Positions 19,915 to 37,100 are shown, counted from the stretch's first letter. The stretch is DNA of 64,000 nucleotides from Candidatus Omnitrophota bacterium (GCA_050250375.1 JBFWOS010000001.1:544351-608350); one strand, 5' to 3'. Program-made: numbers and translations. Notes: a model not told the origin generated them from the letters alone.

Positions 19915-20226
19915 TTAGATTACTTCTCCACTTTTTTTGCTGACTCTCAGTTTTTTTCCGTCTTTAGAAATTTTCGCACCAAATCGGGTCGGCTCATTCG
20001 TTTTCTTATCAATTAACATGATATTCGAAAGATGAATAGGCATCTCAATCTCAATGAATCCGCCCTTTTGGTTTTCATTTGTTCGCCGTTGTGCTTTTTT
20101 CATCAAATTAATATGTTCAACAATGGCCCTGGAATCTTGAGGAAACACTTTTAAAACTTTACCAGTCTTCCCCTTGTCTTTTCCTGCAATTATTTTTACT
20201 TGATCATTTTTCTTAATATGTAACAT
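19915..20226 (-). CDS. rplX: 50S ribosomal protein L24
   Basis: KOW motif AGKDKGKTG, PIHLSN. Confidence 0.97.
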   Translation of the reverse strand: MLHIKKNDQVKIIAGKDKGKTGKVLKVFPQDSRAIVEHINLMKKAQRRTNENQKGGFIEIEMPIHLSNIMLIDKKTNEPTRFGAKISKDGKKLRVSKKSGEVI

Positions 20227-20595
20227 TTATACAACCTCTGGGGCTAAAGAAATTATTTTCATATAATCCATATTTCTTAATTCTCGGGCTACCGGACCGA
20301 ATACACGCGTTCCCTTCGGATTTCCCGCATCATCAATGATAACAACCGCGTTCGTATCAAAGCGCACGTAAGTGCCATCATTCCTCTTAATCGGTGATTT
20401 TGTTCTGACAATAATGGCCTTGGCCTTCGTTCCCTTTTTCACTGCAGCTTCCGGAGCAGATTCTTTTATGTTAACACGAATGATATCGCCGATATGGGCG
20501 CACAGCCTGCCCTTCGCATTGAGCACCCCTATCATTGATGCTTTACGCGCTCCTGAATTGTCTGCTACATCTAATACTGTTTTCATGTAAATCAT
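20227..20595 (-). CDS. rplN: 50S ribosomal protein L14
   Basis: VADNSGA, GTRVFGPVARELR; ATG at 20595 gives the typical 122 aa. Confidence 0.97.
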   Translation of the reverse strand: MIYMKTVLDVADNSGARKASMIGVLNAKGRLCAHIGDIIRVNIKESAPEAAVKKGTKAKAIIVRTKSPIKRNDGTYVRFDTNAVVIIDDAGNPKGTRVFGPVARELRNMDYMKIISLAPEVV

Positions 20596-20603
20596 AATTT
20601 TTC

Positions 20604-20870
20604 CTATGCTGCTTTCACGATTTCTCGAATAATCCAACGTTTATCCTTGGATATCGGGCGAGTTTCCATAATCCAGACAACATCTCCCGCCTTGCTTTCA
20701 TTTTTCTCATCATGCGCTTTAAATTTCTTTGCCACGCGCACAATCTTGTCGTATTTGCTATGCTTAGCAGACGAGCGAATTTGCACAACGCGCGTTTTAT
20801 TCATTTTGTCGCTGACGACAGTACCCTGTAAGAATCGCCGCTTACTTGTTCGCGTTTTTGTTTCGGTCAT
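20604..20870 (-). CDS. rpsQ: 30S ribosomal protein S17
   Basis: GTVVSDKMNKT, ETRPISKDKRW. Confidence 0.97.
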   Translation of the reverse strand: MTETKTRTSKRRFLQGTVVSDKMNKTRVVQIRSSAKHSKYDKIVRVAKKFKAHDEKNESKAGDVVWIMETRPISKDKRWIIREIVKAA

Positions 20871-21057
20871 TTAACTTTCTCTCTTTTAAAATGGTTAAGC
20901 TTCTGGCAATATCTCTCTTTAACAATCGAAAACTGGACGGTTTTTCTACGGTACCGAGTTTGCGCTGGTAATTAAGATCAAACAATTCTTTCTTAAGACT
21001 TTTTTCCTTAACGATCAGATCTTCAGAACTTAGTTCTCTCAACGCCTTAGCCTTCAT
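20842..21057 (-). CDS. rpmC: 50S ribosomal protein L29
   Basis: KELFDL...KRDIARSLT; lies between rplP and rpsQ. Confidence 0.95.
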   Translation of the reverse strand: MKAKALRELSSEDLIVKEKSLKKELFDLNYQRKLGTVEKPSSFRLLKRDIARSLTILKERKLNDRNKNANK

Positions 21058-21473
21058 AGTCTTCCACCCCGTGTAATAAATTTTGTCTTAACTGGAAGTT
21101 TGAACGATACAAGTCTTAGCACAACTTTGGCAAAATCTTCTGGAACACCGCTGATCTCAAATAAAACCTTTCCACGTCTGACGACGGCGACCCAATGGTC
21201 CAACTCCCCTTTGCCTTTTCCCATACGAGTTTCAATAGGTTTCTTAGTAATGGGTTTGCTGGGGAACACATTAATCCAGAGTTTTCCGGCACCCTTCATC
21301 TTACGAGCCACGATAATTCTGCAGGCTTCCATGTGACTGCCTCGAACATATCCGTTTTCCAAAGCCTTTAATCCGTATTCCCCAAAATGAATCTTATCCC
21401 CGACAGTGGCTATGCCACGTCGTTTGCCTTTTTGGGATTTGCGGAATTTTGTTTTTCTTGGCATTAATAACAT
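21054..21473 (-). CDS. rplP: 50S ribosomal protein L16
   Basis: ETRMGKGKG. Confidence 0.97.
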   Translation of the reverse strand: MLLMPRKTKFRKSQKGKRRGIATVGDKIHFGEYGLKALENGYVRGSHMEACRIIVARKMKGAGKLWINVFPSKPITKKPIETRMGKGKGELDHWVAVVRRGKVLFEISGVPEDFAKVVLRLVSFKLPVKTKFITRGGRL

Positions 21474-21476
21474 CGA

Positions 21477-22172
21477 CTATGCCCCTTTTGTATTTGCTTT
21501 TGCATCAGCTGAATTTTCTTCGCCGATATAATGACGATTAATCCCCTTAATAACTTCACCTTTATTGATCCAAACCTTAACCCCCAAAAGTCCATATGTC
21601 GTCAACGCTTCGGCAAAACCATAGTCAATATTAGCTCTTAATGTGTGCAATGGAAGTTTTCCTTCCAGATACTTTTCTTTACGCGCCATTTCAGCACCAT
21701 TTAAGCGGCCACCGCACTGAATCTTAATACCTTTTGCCCCTGCCGTCATTGACTGATCGATAGCCCGTTTCATTGCACGTCTAAACGCGACGCGTTTGGC
21801 CAATTGGAAAGCAACGTTTTGCGCGACCAATTGGGCATCAATGGAAGGATTTTTAATTTCACGGGTTTCAATCGCAATCTCTTTTGAAGAAATCCCCGCC
21901 AATTCCCCTTTTAAACGATCAATGTCGGCCCCTCGTCTCCCGATGATAACCCCTGGACGAGCCGTATGAATAATAATTTTAGTTTTATCAGCTAACCTTT
22001 CGATAATAACCTTGGACACCGCCGCTTGAATAAATTTTTTCTTAATAAATTGACGAATCTTGTAATCTTCGACCACATTCTTTTGAAACTCCCCCTTGTC
22101 GGCAAACCAAAGGCTTCTCCAGTTTTCAATATAACCAATTCTTAATACTATAGGGTTTACTTTTTGTCCCAC
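21477..22172 (-). CDS. rpsC: 30S ribosomal protein S3
   Basis: [28 protein letters not shown]. Confidence 0.98.
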   Translation of the reverse strand: MGQKVNPIVLRIGYIENWRSLWFADKGEFQKNVVEDYKIRQFIKKKFIQAAVSKVIIERLADKTKIIIHTARPGVIIGRRGADIDRLKGELAGISSKEIAIETREIKNPSIDAQLVAQNVAFQLAKRVAFRRAMKRAIDQSMTAGAKGIKIQCGGRLNGAEMARKEKYLEGKLPLHTLRANIDYGFAEALTTYGLLGVKVWINKGEVIKGINRHYIGEENSADAKANTKGA

Positions 22173-22185
22173 TTATCATGACTCC

Positions 22186-22521
22186 TTATTTGGTAACCAG
22201 ATCTAATTCAATCGTTAAATGGCTTGTTCTCTTTAAAATTCCTGTCGCCCGTCCAAAGGCAGCCGCCCTGAATCGTTTCCAGGATGGGCCTTGATCAGCT
22301 ACAATCTTTGATATGAAAAGTTGATCTTCACTCAATCCCTTTTGTTTAGCATTATTAATCGCAGAATTGAGTACTTTGGCAACCATCTTGGTCGAACCTT
22401 TATTGACGTGAGTTAAGATCGCCAATGACGGCAAAACTTGCTTACCTCGAATCAAATTAATGACCAAGCGTAACTTAGTTGGTGAAACTCTAAAATATCT
22501 TCCTTTTGCTTGTGCAATCAT
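22186..22521 (-). CDS. rplV: 50S ribosomal protein L22
   Basis: SPTKLRLV, ADQGP..KR, KRTSHL. Confidence 0.97.
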   Translation of the reverse strand: MIAQAKGRYFRVSPTKLRLVINLIRGKQVLPSLAILTHVNKGSTKMVAKVLNSAINNAKQKGLSEDQLFISKIVADQGPSWKRFRAAAFGRATGILKRTSHLTIELDLVTK

Positions 22522-22532
22522 TTTCTATTACC

Positions 22533-22820
22533 CTATGTTTTCTGCGGTGCTTTTTTGGCTTTGACCCCGCCATGTTTCCTAAATGTTCTCGAAGGCGCAA
22601 AATCCCCCAGTTTAAATCCAACCATGTTTTCCGTGATAAAAACAGGAACATGTTTTCGCCCATCATATACAGCTATAGTAAAACCCACAAATTCCGGCGT
22701 TATGGTTGAACGTCTGGACCAAGTTTTTATCTGATCCCTTCTTCCAGAACCAATAACTCTACTCATTTTTTTCTCAAGGGAAGGTTCAACATACGGCCCT
22801 TTTTTAACTGAACGTGTCAT
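22533..22820 (-). CDS. rpsS: 30S ribosomal protein S19
   Basis: [28 protein letters not shown]; start at 22820. Confidence 0.97.
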   Translation of the reverse strand: MTRSVKKGPYVEPSLEKKMSRVIGSGRRDQIKTWSRRSTITPEFVGFTIAVYDGRKHVPVFITENMVGFKLGDFAPSRTFRKHGGVKAKKAPQKT

Positions 22821-22821
22821 A

Positions 22822-23661
22822 TTACTTCGCCCCTCTTCTTCTAACGATATATTTATCAGAATATTTTTGCCTGCTTCTTGTTTTATAACCTTTCGTCGGC
22901 TTTCCCCATGGAGTAACAGGATGCGGGTTTCCTTGAGGAGCTTTTCCTTCACCACCACCATGCGGGTGATCGACCGGGTTCATTGCAACCCCTCTTACGC
23001 CGCCTTTACGCCCCATCCATCTCATTCGTCCAGCTTTCCCAATCATTTTCGTTTCATGTTCAACGTTACCAATTTGACCGATAGTCGCCCGACACATAAT
23101 CCGAATTTTTCGGACTTCACTTGAAGGCATTCGTATAAACGCATAATCACCTTCTTTAGCCATAATCTGCGCCGATGTCCCGGCCGAACGGGCTATCTGT
23201 CCGCCTCTTCCAGGAACCAATTCAATGTTATGTACCGCCGTACCTAACGGAATTTCTTTTAAAGGCATACAATTTCCTGCTTTAAAATCCACTGAATTTT
23301 CTTTGGTACTTTCAATCTTGTCTCCAACTTTCAAGTCCAAAGGTGCAAGAATATAAGATTTTACTCCATCACTATACTGAATTAGGGCAATTCTACAAGT
23401 TCGATTCGGATCATATTCAATAGCAAGTACTTCTGCCTGACTATCAATACGATCCCTTTTGAAATCAACCAGCCGATACATCCTCTTATGCCCACCCCCT
23501 CGGTAACGAGAGGTTACCCGTCCATTTGAATTTCTTCCGCCAGATTTCTTTAATGGCCGTAAAAGCGACTTTTCAGGCTTAGATTTGGTTATTTCTTTGA
23601 AATCTGATGATTTTGTATGCCTTAAACTTGGCGTAGTTGGCTTAAATGTTTTAATTCCCAC
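22822..23661 (-). CDS. rplB: 50S ribosomal protein L2
   Basis: [23 protein letters not shown]. Confidence 0.98.
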   Translation of the reverse strand: MGIKTFKPTTPSLRHTKSSDFKEITKSKPEKSLLRPLKKSGGRNSNGRVTSRYRGGGHKRMYRLVDFKRDRIDSQAEVLAIEYDPNRTCRIALIQYSDGVKSYILAPLDLKVGDKIESTKENSVDFKAGNCMPLKEIPLGTAVHNIELVPGRGGQIARSAGTSAQIMAKEGDYAFIRMPSSEVRKIRIMCRATIGQIGNVEHETKMIGKAGRMRWMGRKGGVRGVAMNPVDHPHGGGEGKAPQGNPHPVTPWGKPTKGYKTRSRQKYSDKYIVRRRGAK

Positions 23662-23663
23662 GA

Positions 23664-23942
23664 TTATGTAACCTCAATTTTGCTGCCATCTTTTAGTTTA
23701 ACTATTGCTTTTTTCCAAGGTGTTGTAGAACCCGGTATTTGTCTGACCCTTCTTAATTTTCCTTTTACAAATAAGGTATTAACCGAGTCCACTTTCACTT
23801 TATAAATCTCTTCTACGGCATTCTTGATTTCAATTTTGTTAGCAAAAGGTGCCACTTTAAAAAGATACTGATTTTGTGATTCAAGATCTGTACCTTTTTC
23901 TGTCCTTACTAAAGTCTTGATGATATCAAAACATGTTTTCAT
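23664..23942 (-). CDS. rplW: 50S ribosomal protein L23
   Basis: [20 protein letters not shown]. Confidence 0.97.
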   Translation of the reverse strand: MKTCFDIIKTLVRTEKGTDLESQNQYLFKVAPFANKIEIKNAVEEIYKVKVDSVNTLFVKGKLRRVRQIPGSTTPWKKAIVKLKDGSKIEVT

Positions 23943-23962
23943 TATTTTAACTCTCTTAACGT

Positions 23963-24598
23963 TTATTTATCTTTATCTGAAATTCTGGTGATAATGTCAT
24001 TCAATGCCGTTTTCGATAGTATGACAAACTTATGTTTAAGAATATCTAGCGCATTGATATCTTGTGACCTAACTAAATCAAAATAGGCAATATTCCTTGA
24101 TACCCTGAACACAGCATCGTTACTTCCATCTAATGCAGCTACTACTTTTCCCTCAACACTTAATTTGTTCAAGATAGAAGAAAACTCTTTTGTTTTCTTG
24201 AAGTCGTCTTTTAAATCTTCAATACACAGCAATTTCTTTTCATTCAAGCGCGCCTTTAAACTTTCAATTAAGGCAATTCGACGAATCTTCTTAGGCAATG
24301 AATACCCAAAATCTCTGGGATGCGGTCCGAACACAACCCCCCCTTTTCTCCACAAAGGAGATCGGGAAGACCCGGCCCGCGCACGACCAGTACCCTTTTG
24401 CTTGAAAGGTTTTTTCCCCCCACCACTTATGGATCCACGCTCTTTGGTGGATGCTGTACCCTGGCGAAGTGATGCGTTGTACATCAGTATAGCCTGGTGA
24501 ATGACGTCTTGATTAACCTGATCATCAAATATTTCCTTTGGTAAATCAATGCTTCCGCTTTCTTTTCCTTCTTTATTATAAACAACTAACTTAGACAC
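23963..24598 (-). CDS. rplD: 50S ribosomal protein L4
   Basis: QKGTGRARAGS, GGVVFGP. Confidence 0.97.
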   Translation of the reverse strand: MSKLVVYNKEGKESGSIDLPKEIFDDQVNQDVIHQAILMYNASLRQGTASTKERGSISGGGKKPFKQKGTGRARAGSSRSPLWRKGGVVFGPHPRDFGYSLPKKIRRIALIESLKARLNEKKLLCIEDLKDDFKKTKEFSSILNKLSVEGKVVAALDGSNDAVFRVSRNIAYFDLVRSQDINALDILKHKFVILSKTALNDIITRISDKDK

Positions 24599-24600
24599 GA

Positions 24601-25473
24601 TTATTTACCTTTTTTCTTTGTTGCGCCCGCTTTGGCCTTACTTTGCTTCATCGGGTTAACTTTATGTTGAACCGTTGCTTTCACTTCATTCAATTCCCGC
24701 CAAACTTTCTTACGTGAAAGAAATATCGAAATGATACCATTTTTGTGACCCGGGACAGCACCTTTCAAAAGAAGCAGATTATTTTTCTTATCTACATCCA
24801 TGACGCGAAGCCCCTGGGTCGTCACTCGCACGTCGCCCATATGACCGGGCATCGTTCGTCCTCTTAATGTCCTTGAGGGTTCCGCACTCATACTAATCGA
24901 ACCGACCCGTCTATGGTGCATGGATCCGTGGCCTGCCGGTCCTCCACCCCATCCATGGCGTTTCATCCCCCCCTGAAAACCTTTTCCAATTGAAGTCCCG
25001 ACAACATCGACATAATCCCCTGCCTTAAAAACATCTACGTTTATTTTCTGTCCAATCTTGTAAGGAGCGGCTTTCTTTGATTTAAATTCGCGAATAACCT
25101 TAACCGGGGCTGTTCCAATCTTCTTAAAAAACCCTAAATTGGCCTTGTTGCTTCTCTTTTCTTTAATTGACCCGAAGCCAATTTTGACCCTTGTCGCGTC
25201 TTCCTTTAATTCTAGGACAGTACAGGGACCACTCTCAATTACGGTTACAGGTATCACGTTTCCATCCGGATCAAAGATTTGAGTCATTCCGATTTTACGT
25301 CCGATTAGACCGCTTATCGTATGTTCAATAGACTCTTCTGTAACCACCGGTTCTTGTTCTGCAGCCGTGTTTTCATGGACATCATTGCTTGAAACTGCTT
25401 TTTCCACAGCTTCCTGAATGACGCTAGTATTCTCAGACTTTGATTCTTCTTGTTTATCTTTTTCTTCAGACAT
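24601..25473 (-). CDS. rplC: 50S ribosomal protein L3 with N- and C-terminal extensions
   Basis: KIGMTQIF, GKGFQGGMKRH, HGSMHHR, MPGHMG. Confidence 0.97.
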   Translation of the reverse strand: MSEEKDKQEESKSENTSVIQEAVEKAVSSNDVHENTAAEQEPVVTEESIEHTISGLIGRKIGMTQIFDPDGNVIPVTVIESGPCTVLELKEDATRVKIGFGSIKEKRSNKANLGFFKKIGTAPVKVIREFKSKKAAPYKIGQKINVDVFKAGDYVDVVGTSIGKGFQGGMKRHGWGGGPAGHGSMHHRRVGSISMSAEPSRTLRGRTMPGHMGDVRVTTQGLRVMDVDKKNNLLLLKGAVPGHKNGIISIFLSRKKVWRELNEVKATVQHKVNPMKQSKAKAGATKKKGK

Positions 25474-25515
25474 TTTTTGGAATTACCATTTTTTTTAATG
25501 TGACTAAATCCGGGA

Positions 25516-25818
25516 TTATTGTTTTATTTCAACGTCCACACCTGCAGGCAGATTCAACTTTCTTAAAGCTTCGACTGTTTTTGCCGTCGGCTCAAGTAAG
25601 TCAATCAATCTTTTATGTGTGGCTAATCCGAATTGTTCACGAGACTTTTTATCAATAACCGGCGAACGTAGGACCGTGTACAACTCTTTTTTTGTCGGCA
25701 ACGGTACGGGGCCTGAAATCTTCGCGCCTGTACGTATGGCTGTGTCAACAATTTCCTGAGCGGACTGATCAATTAACCGGTGATCAAAAGCCTTTAATTT
25801 TATTCGTATTTTTTGCAT
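25516..25818 (-). CDS. rpsJ: 30S ribosomal protein S10
   Basis: [22 protein letters not shown]. Confidence 0.98.
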   Translation of the reverse strand: MQKIRIKLKAFDHRLIDQSAQEIVDTAIRTGAKISGPVPLPTKKELYTVLRSPVIDKKSREQFGLATHKRLIDLLEPTAKTVEALRKLNLPAGVDVEIKQ

Positions 25819-25839
25819 GCTAATTTAATTTTCCCTTAA

Positions 25840-27033
25840 TTAAGCGATTACTTCGTGAATAACCCCTGCGCCAACTGTTCGACCACCTTCACGGATAGCG
25901 AAACGCAATTCTTTTTCCATCGCGATAGGCACAATCAATTCAACTTCCATTTCAACGTTATCCCCGGGCATAACCATTTCAGTTCCGTCAGGAAGTTTTG
26001 CTGAACCGGTTACGTCTGTAGTTCTAAAATAGAATTGAGGTCTATATCCATTAAAGAATGGAGTGTGTCGCCCACCTTCTTCTTTAGTTAAGATATATGC
26101 TTTAGCCTTAAACTTTGTATGCGGGGTAATTGTACCTTTAGCCGACAAAACTTGCCCACGTTCAATTGTTGTTTTATCAACACCTCTCAAAAGCAATCCA
26201 ACGTTATCTCCGGCCTGGCCTTGATCCAATTCCTTACGAAACATTTCAACACCAGTTACAACAGTATTTAGAACTTCTTTTTTCATACCGACGATATCAA
26301 TTTCCTCGCCGACTTTAACCTTACCTCTTTCAATACGGCCAGTAGCTACCGTGCCCCGTCCAGAAATTGAAAAGACGTCTTCGACAGCCATCAAAAACGG
26401 CTTATCAAGTTCGCGCACAGGTTCTGGAATAAATTTGTCAACGGCATCCATCAAATCCATGATCGGCTTTATTTTTGCCGGATCTTCAGGATTTTCTAAG
26501 GCATGAAGCGCACTTCCTCTAATAATAGGAGTATTGTCGCCATCATAATCATATTTGGATAAAAGTTCACGAAGCTCTAATTCAACCAAGTCTAACAATT
26601 CAGCGTCTTCAACTTGATCACATTTATTCATAAAAACCACAATCTTAGGAACATTTACCTGTCGGGCCAAAAGAATATGTTCTTTTGTCTGAGGCATTGC
26701 ACCATCCGCGGCGGAAACACACAAAATGGCACCGTCCATCTGAGCTGCTCCAGTAATCATGTTTTTAATATAGTCAGCGTGACCTGGACAATCAATGTGC
26801 GCATAATGACGGATATCCGTTTGATACTCAAGGTGTGAAATATTTATCGTAACACCCCGTTCTTTTTCTTCCGGAGCGTTATCAATTTGATCATAGGCCT
26901 TAGCTTCAGCCTTACCTTGTTTAGAAAGTATCGTACAAATCGCAGCACTCAACGTTGTTTTACCATGATCAACGTGACCAATGGTTCCGATATTCAAGTG
27001 CGGTTTATTTCTTACGAATTTTTCTTTTGCCAT
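25840..27033 (-). CDS. tuf: Elongation factor Tu
   Basis: [26 protein letters not shown]. Confidence 0.99.
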   Translation of the reverse strand: MAKEKFVRNKPHLNIGTIGHVDHGKTTLSAAICTILSKQGKAEAKAYDQIDNAPEEKERGVTINISHLEYQTDIRHYAHIDCPGHADYIKNMITGAAQMDGAILCVSAADGAMPQTKEHILLARQVNVPKIVVFMNKCDQVEDAELLDLVELELRELLSKYDYDGDNTPIIRGSALHALENPEDPAKIKPIMDLMDAVDKFIPEPVRELDKPFLMAVEDVFSISGRGTVATGRIERGKVKVGEEIDIVGMKKEVLNTVVTGVEMFRKELDQGQAGDNVGLLLRGVDKTTIERGQVLSAKGTITPHTKFKAKAYILTKEEGGRHTPFFNGYRPQFYFRTTDVTGSAKLPDGTEMVMPGDNVEMEVELIVPIAMEKELRFAIREGGRTVGAGVIHEVIA

Positions 27034-27087
27034 TTTTTTGGTTCCTCCTTTAAAATATTTAGGAATAACGCATTATTCTATTTATAA

Positions 27088-29172
27088 TTAGTCTTTCTTG
27101 CGGCCCTCAACAACTTTATCGGCAACATGCTGTGGAACCACATCATAAAATGCCGGTTCCATCGAAAAAGAAGCCCGCCCTTGAGAAAGAGATCGAATTG
27201 CATTTACATAATTAAACATTTCCGATAACGGAACGTGACATCGCGTCGTTTTTAAATTTGCTCTCATGCCAGTTTCCAATATAATGGCTCGTCGTGTATT
27301 TATATCACCCATTACAGCGCTATAAAATTGATCCGGTGATTCTAACTCTACGATCATAATCGGTTCGAGCAGAACTGGGGATGCCGCCTTTAAACCTTTT
27401 TTTAGCGCTTCTTTGGCAGCTAATTGGAACGCCAATTCACTTGAATCGACATCATGATACGAACCATCAAATAATACGACTCTAAAATCAGTTACCGGAT
27501 ATCCCGCGATGACGCCGGAATTCGCACCTTCCCGTATACCTTTTTCAATAGGCTTGATAAATTCACGAGGAATTGTTCCACCTTTTATTTCATTTATAAA
27601 AACTATTCCATCGCCCTTTTTCTCAGTGGGTTCAATATTAACAACAACGTGTCCATATTGACCGCGCCCACCGCTTTGGGAAATGAATTTTCCTTCAATA
27701 TTTTTTGCCGGCTTGGTGATGGTCTCTTTATAGGCTACCTCTGGACGGCCCGTATCAGCCTCCATATTAAATTCTCTTTTCATACGGTCAACAATGATTT
27801 CCAAATGCAACTCACCCATACCAGAGATAATGGTCTGTGCTGTTTCCTGGTCATACGTTACCCGAAGGGACGGGTCTTCGTCCAAAAATTTCTTTAAAGT
27901 TAATCCCATTTTATCAGAGTCGGCTTTGGTCCTTGGCTCAATCGACATAGAGACAACCGGTTCAGGGATACGCATATTTTCCAATAGAACCTTATTGTCC
28001 GGATCACAGACTGTATTTCCGGTCTTTGTGTCCTTTAGACCGACAAGACAAACAATGTCGCCTGCCTCAGCCCGTTGAACAATTTCTTGTTTATTGGCAT
28101 GCATGACGACAATTTTAGAAACCCTTTCCTTCTTCTGTTCCGACGAGTTATAAATCTGGGAACCTGACTCTAAAGTTCCAGAATATATTCTTGTATAAAA
28201 GAGTTTTCCAACATACGGATCAGTAGCCACTTTAAAAACCAAAGCACTTAACGGCTCCTTAGGATCCGGGTTACGGAGAACTTCTTCATTGGTTACAGGG
28301 ACAATACCCTTTACCGGCGGAACATCCAATGGAGAAGGCAGGTAATCGGCAACCGCATCTAACACTCGCTGAACGCCTTTGTTTCTAAGCGCAGTCCCTG
28401 TTAGAACAGGCAAAAATTTGTTAGCAATTACAGCTCTTCTTATTCCCGCTTTAATTTCTGGAACACTTATTTCTTTATCATCCAAGAATTTCTCAGCTAT
28501 TTCATCATCGGCATCCGCCAGTCGTTCAATCAACTCATGACGGGCTTTTTCCACACGCTCTTTCCACTCTTCGGGAACATCTCTCTCTTCTATATCAGTA
28601 CCGTCATCATTTGTATAAACATAATATTTTCTTTGAATAAGGTCAAATAAACCCGAGAATTGATCTTCTGTACCATTCGGCAATTGCAGAGGCGTTGCAT
28701 TAACACCCAAACGCTCTCTCATTTGCTCCAAAACTCTTTCAAAACTAGCCCCCAAACGATCAAGTTTATTAATAAAGGCAATCCGAGGCACACCGTAACG
28801 GTCGGCCTGACGCCAAACAGTTTCAGTTTGAGATTGAACCCCACTCGTCGCACACAATACCACCACAGCCCCATCCAAAACTTTTAAGGATCGTTCAACT
28901 TCGATCGTAAAGTCAACGTGCCCAGGAGTATCAATGATATTTAACTTTTTTCCCTTCCATTGGGCTGTTGTATTGGCCGCTGTTATCGTAATACCCCGCT
29001 CTTGCTCTTGTTCCATCCAATCCATGGTAGCATTACCTTCATCAACGGTACCCATTTTATGGATAACGCCGGTATAATACAAAATCCGCTCAGTCGTCGT
29101 CGTCTTACCTGCGTCAATATGCGCAATAATACCGAAATTTCTGTAATCTTTTAGTGGTGTCTTTTCTGACAT
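27088..29172 (-). CDS. fusA: Elongation factor G
   Basis: [37 protein letters not shown]. Confidence 0.98.
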   Translation of the reverse strand: MSEKTPLKDYRNFGIIAHIDAGKTTTTERILYYTGVIHKMGTVDEGNATMDWMEQEQERGITITAANTTAQWKGKKLNIIDTPGHVDFTIEVERSLKVLDGAVVVLCATSGVQSQTETVWRQADRYGVPRIAFINKLDRLGASFERVLEQMRERLGVNATPLQLPNGTEDQFSGLFDLIQRKYYVYTNDDGTDIEERDVPEEWKERVEKARHELIERLADADDEIAEKFLDDKEISVPEIKAGIRRAVIANKFLPVLTGTALRNKGVQRVLDAVADYLPSPLDVPPVKGIVPVTNEEVLRNPDPKEPLSALVFKVATDPYVGKLFYTRIYSGTLESGSQIYNSSEQKKERVSKIVVMHANKQEIVQRAEAGDIVCLVGLKDTKTGNTVCDPDNKVLLENMRIPEPVVSMSIEPRTKADSDKMGLTLKKFLDEDPSLRVTYDQETAQTIISGMGELHLEIIVDRMKREFNMEADTGRPEVAYKETITKPAKNIEGKFISQSGGRGQYGHVVVNIEPTEKKGDGIVFINEIKGGTIPREFIKPIEKGIREGANSGVIAGYPVTDFRVVLFDGSYHDVDSSELAFQLAAKEALKKGLKAASPVLLEPIMIVELESPDQFYSAVMGDINTRRAIILETGMRANLKTTRCHVPLSEMFNYVNAIRSLSQGRASFSMEPAFYDVVPQHVADKVVEGRKKD

Positions 29173-29213
29173 TGTTTCCTTTATATATATAAATAACTAT
29201 TAATTCGACTTAA

Positions 29214-29684
29214 TTACCAGCGTAAGTGCGCAAAAGCTTTATTCGCATCGGCCATTTTATGAGTGTCATCTCGCTTTTTAACCGCCGCGCCTTCACCTTT
29301 ATATGCCGCCAATAACTCATCAGCCAATTTAACATCCATGGCCCGGCCTTTTTTCTTTTTTGCAAAATCACGAATCCATCTAAACGCCAAAGCATTGGCA
29401 CGGTTATTCGGAACTTCAACCGGAACTTGATATGTCGCACCACCGACCCGTCTGGATTTAACTTCGACTTTTGGGCGAACATTCTCAATGGCCTTATTAA
29501 ATACCTTCAATGGATCATTTTCCTGAGTTTTCTGATTCAAGATTTCAAAGGCACCGTAAACAATATTCTCAGCCACCGTCTTTTTCCCGCCCAACATTAT
29601 GGTATTAATAAATTTTGCAACTAATCGGCTGCTGTATTTTGGATCTGCTAATATTTCTTTTTTTTCTGCGCTGCGTCTTCTCAT
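29214..29684 (-). CDS. rpsG: 30S ribosomal protein S7
   Basis: [23 protein letters not shown]. Confidence 0.98.
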   Translation of the reverse strand: MRRRSAEKKEILADPKYSSRLVAKFINTIMLGGKKTVAENIVYGAFEILNQKTQENDPLKVFNKAIENVRPKVEVKSRRVGGATYQVPVEVPNNRANALAFRWIRDFAKKKKGRAMDVKLADELLAAYKGEGAAVKKRDDTHKMADANKAFAHLRW

Positions 29685-30002
29685 TATCCGTTTTGTTCCT
29701 TCTTTGCTCCGTATTTTGAACGTGATTTTTTTCTTTTGGCCACACCGGATGTGTCTAGCGTTCCTCTTACAATGTGATACCGCACTCCGGGTAAATCTTT
29801 GACCCTACCTCCACGAACAAGTACGATAGAGTGTTCCTGCAGATTATGTCCTTCTCCAGGAATGTAAGATGTGACTTCAAACTTATTCGATAAACGAACC
29901 CTGGCAACTTTCCGTAACGCAGAGTTTGGTTTCTTAGGCGTCATCGTTTTTACTTGCAGACAAACACCGCGACGAAATGGACAATTCGTCAACGCAGGAG
30001 AT

Positions 30003-34130
<4,128 letters not shown>

Positions 34131-34131
34131 A

Positions 34132-37100
34132 TTAATTTTTCTTCTCTTTGTCTTTTAATTTTTCTAAGATTTTTGCGGAACCGTTATCCTGCGCCCCGGC
34201 CCTGACCATCTTGATATCCAAACATAACCCCTGAAGTTCTTTAACCAATACGTTAAACGATTCAGGCGTTCCTGGTATTAATTTTTGCTGTCCTTTGACG
34301 ATCGCTTCATACATCCGGCTACGGCCAGTGACGTCGTCACTTTTAACCGTTAACATTTCCTGAAGGGTGTATGCTGCCCCATAAGCTTCTAAGGCCCAGA
34401 CTTCCATTTCCCCAAATCTCTGCCCCCCAAAGTGAGCTTTACCACCCAAGGGTTGTTGGGTAACAAGCGAATACGGCCCAATGGAACGGGCATGTATTTT
34501 TTCGTCGACAAGATGGTTTAACTTGAGCATATAAATAATCCCGACCGTAACTTTCTGGTCAAAGGGTTCTCCCGTATAACCATCATAGACGGTTGTTTTA
34601 CCATCCTCTGGTAAACCGGCTTCTTTTAATGTCGCCCGTATTTGTTCTTCACTGGCGCCATTAAAAACAGGCGTTTCCGCATGAAAACCTAAGACTCTGG
34701 CAGCCCAACCCAAATGAGTTTCAAGCAATTGTCCTACGTTCATACGAGAAGGCACGCCTAGAGGATTCAAGACTATGTCGACAGATGAACCGTCTGCCAA
34801 AAAAGGCATATCCTGCTCCGGTAAAATCCTGGAAACAATACCCTTATTCCCATGCCGCCCTGCCATCTTATCCCCCTCGGCAAGTTTACGTTTCGTCGCG
34901 ACATAAACAACCACCCTCTTTAACACGCCTGCCGGCAATTCATCGCCGCGCTTAACCCGCTCAACTTCATTAATCTCTTCCTCTTCTAACTCAGCCAATT
35001 TATCCCTGTAGAACCTTAAAACTTCATGCTCGTCGGAATCTTCATCAAAATCACCTAATTTAGCTTTAGATGCTTTCGACTTCGCGACCCCAAGGGCAGC
35101 CAATTTCTTATCTTTTTCTTCTTCAACAAAATCCTTTTCCTGAACGTAATACGCCTTTATCTTTGTAATAACCTCGTTCTCTTTAGTTTTGTCGGCTTTA
35201 CTCTTTCTTCCGCGTTCATTTCTTTGAAATACTTCTGTATTAACGATCACGCCTTCAATCCCTGGAGACAAGGTCAACGATGTATCCCGGATATCCGCTG
35301 CTTTTTCTCCAAATATTGCCCTCAACAACCGTTCTTCAGGTGACAATTCCTTCTCGCTCTTTGGAGTAACTTTTCCAACAAGGATATCGCCGGACTTTAC
35401 CTCAGCTCCGACACGAATAATCCCATCTTCATTAAGATTATTTAGAGCATCTTCGCTGACGTTCGGTATGTCCCGGGTGATTTCTTCATTCCCTAAACGG
35501 GTCTCCCGGCACTCGACTTCAAACTTTTCAATATGGATTGATGTGAACACATCGTTCCGGACGATTCTTTCATTAATCAGGATCGCGTCTTCGAAGTTAT
35601 ATCCGCGCCATGGCATAAAAGCAACAAGCACATTTCGTCCCAGGGCCAGACGTCCATGCTGGGTTGCAATCCCGTCGGCAATAGTTTGCCCGGCTTTTAC
35701 TTTTTCGCCGATATTAACCAGCGGTCTTTGATGGATACAAGTGTTTGCGTTTGTTCTTTGATAGTTTTTGAGAGGATAAACCGTTTTATCAACTACGATT
35801 TCTGAGGCATCAACCTTCGTTACAGTTCCGCTTTCTTTGGAGATGACAACAACCCCGGAATCCCGGGCTACCTTGGCCTCCATACCCGTTCCGACATTCG
35901 GAACTTCCGGGCACATAAGTGGAACAGCCTGCCGTTGCATGTTTGATCCCATCAAAGCCCGGTTGGCGTCATCATGCTCCAGAAACGGAATCAATGATGC
36001 GGCCACCGATACAATCTGCAACGGGGATACATCCATAAAATCAATATCTTTTGGCTTTACCCTTGGGAAATCGGTTTTATAACGGCAAAGGATGTCTGGT
36101 GTTAAAAAGTTTCCATCGGGATCAACCGGGGCATTAGCCTGGGCAATGTATTCAGATTGATCTTTATCAGCCGTTAAAAACACAATCTTCTTAGAAACCT
36201 TTCCATCGGTAACGATACGATAAGGGGTTTCAATAAAACCTAAATCATTGACACGGGCACAATTTGTTAACGATGCAATCAACCCGATATTTGGACCTTC
36301 AGGTGTTTCAATAGGACAGACACGGCCATAATGGGTTGGATGCACGTCGCGAACCTCAAACCCAGCGCGTTCTCTTGATAACCCCCCAGGCCCCAAAGCG
36401 GATAAGCGGCGCTTATGTGTCATCTCTGACAAGGGGTTAACCTGATCCATAAATTGGGATAATTGACTGCGAGCGAAGAAATCTTGGATTTGATTTGAGA
36501 ATAATCTAGAATTAATTAAATGGTGCGCAGTCAGATTTTCAAAATTTGTCATAACAACCAGGCGTTCCTTGATCGAACGTTCTAACCTGGCCAAACCGAT
36601 TCTCACTTGGTTCTGCACTAATTCACCAACGGTTTTAATACGTCGGTTACCAAGGTGATCTATATCATCCGTTTCCCCCGTTCCTTCCCTCAAGCCAACT
36701 AAATAACGAATGACTTCAGCCACCGTGGCAATATCCAGAACCCGGTTCTCCAAGGGAACTTCCATATTGAGCTTACGATTGATAATGTGTCGCCCAACTT
36801 TACTCAAATCATAACGTTTTGGCTCAAAGAACAATCGGAAAAACAAATTATCAGCAACCTCGACTGTCGCAGGTTCGGTCGGTCGCATTTTTCTGTAAAA
36901 ATCAAGCAGCGCTTCTTCTTTGTTTTCGGTGTGATCTTTTTCTAATGTGGCCTCAAGATACTTAAAATCTTCACCTAACATTTGTTTCATCTCATCGGTC
37001 GTAGATAGACCCATGATTCGAAGAATTTGCGAAGCCGGAAAGTTCCTTCGGCGGTCGATGTACGCCAAAAGAACATTATTTAAATCATATTTTATTTCAA

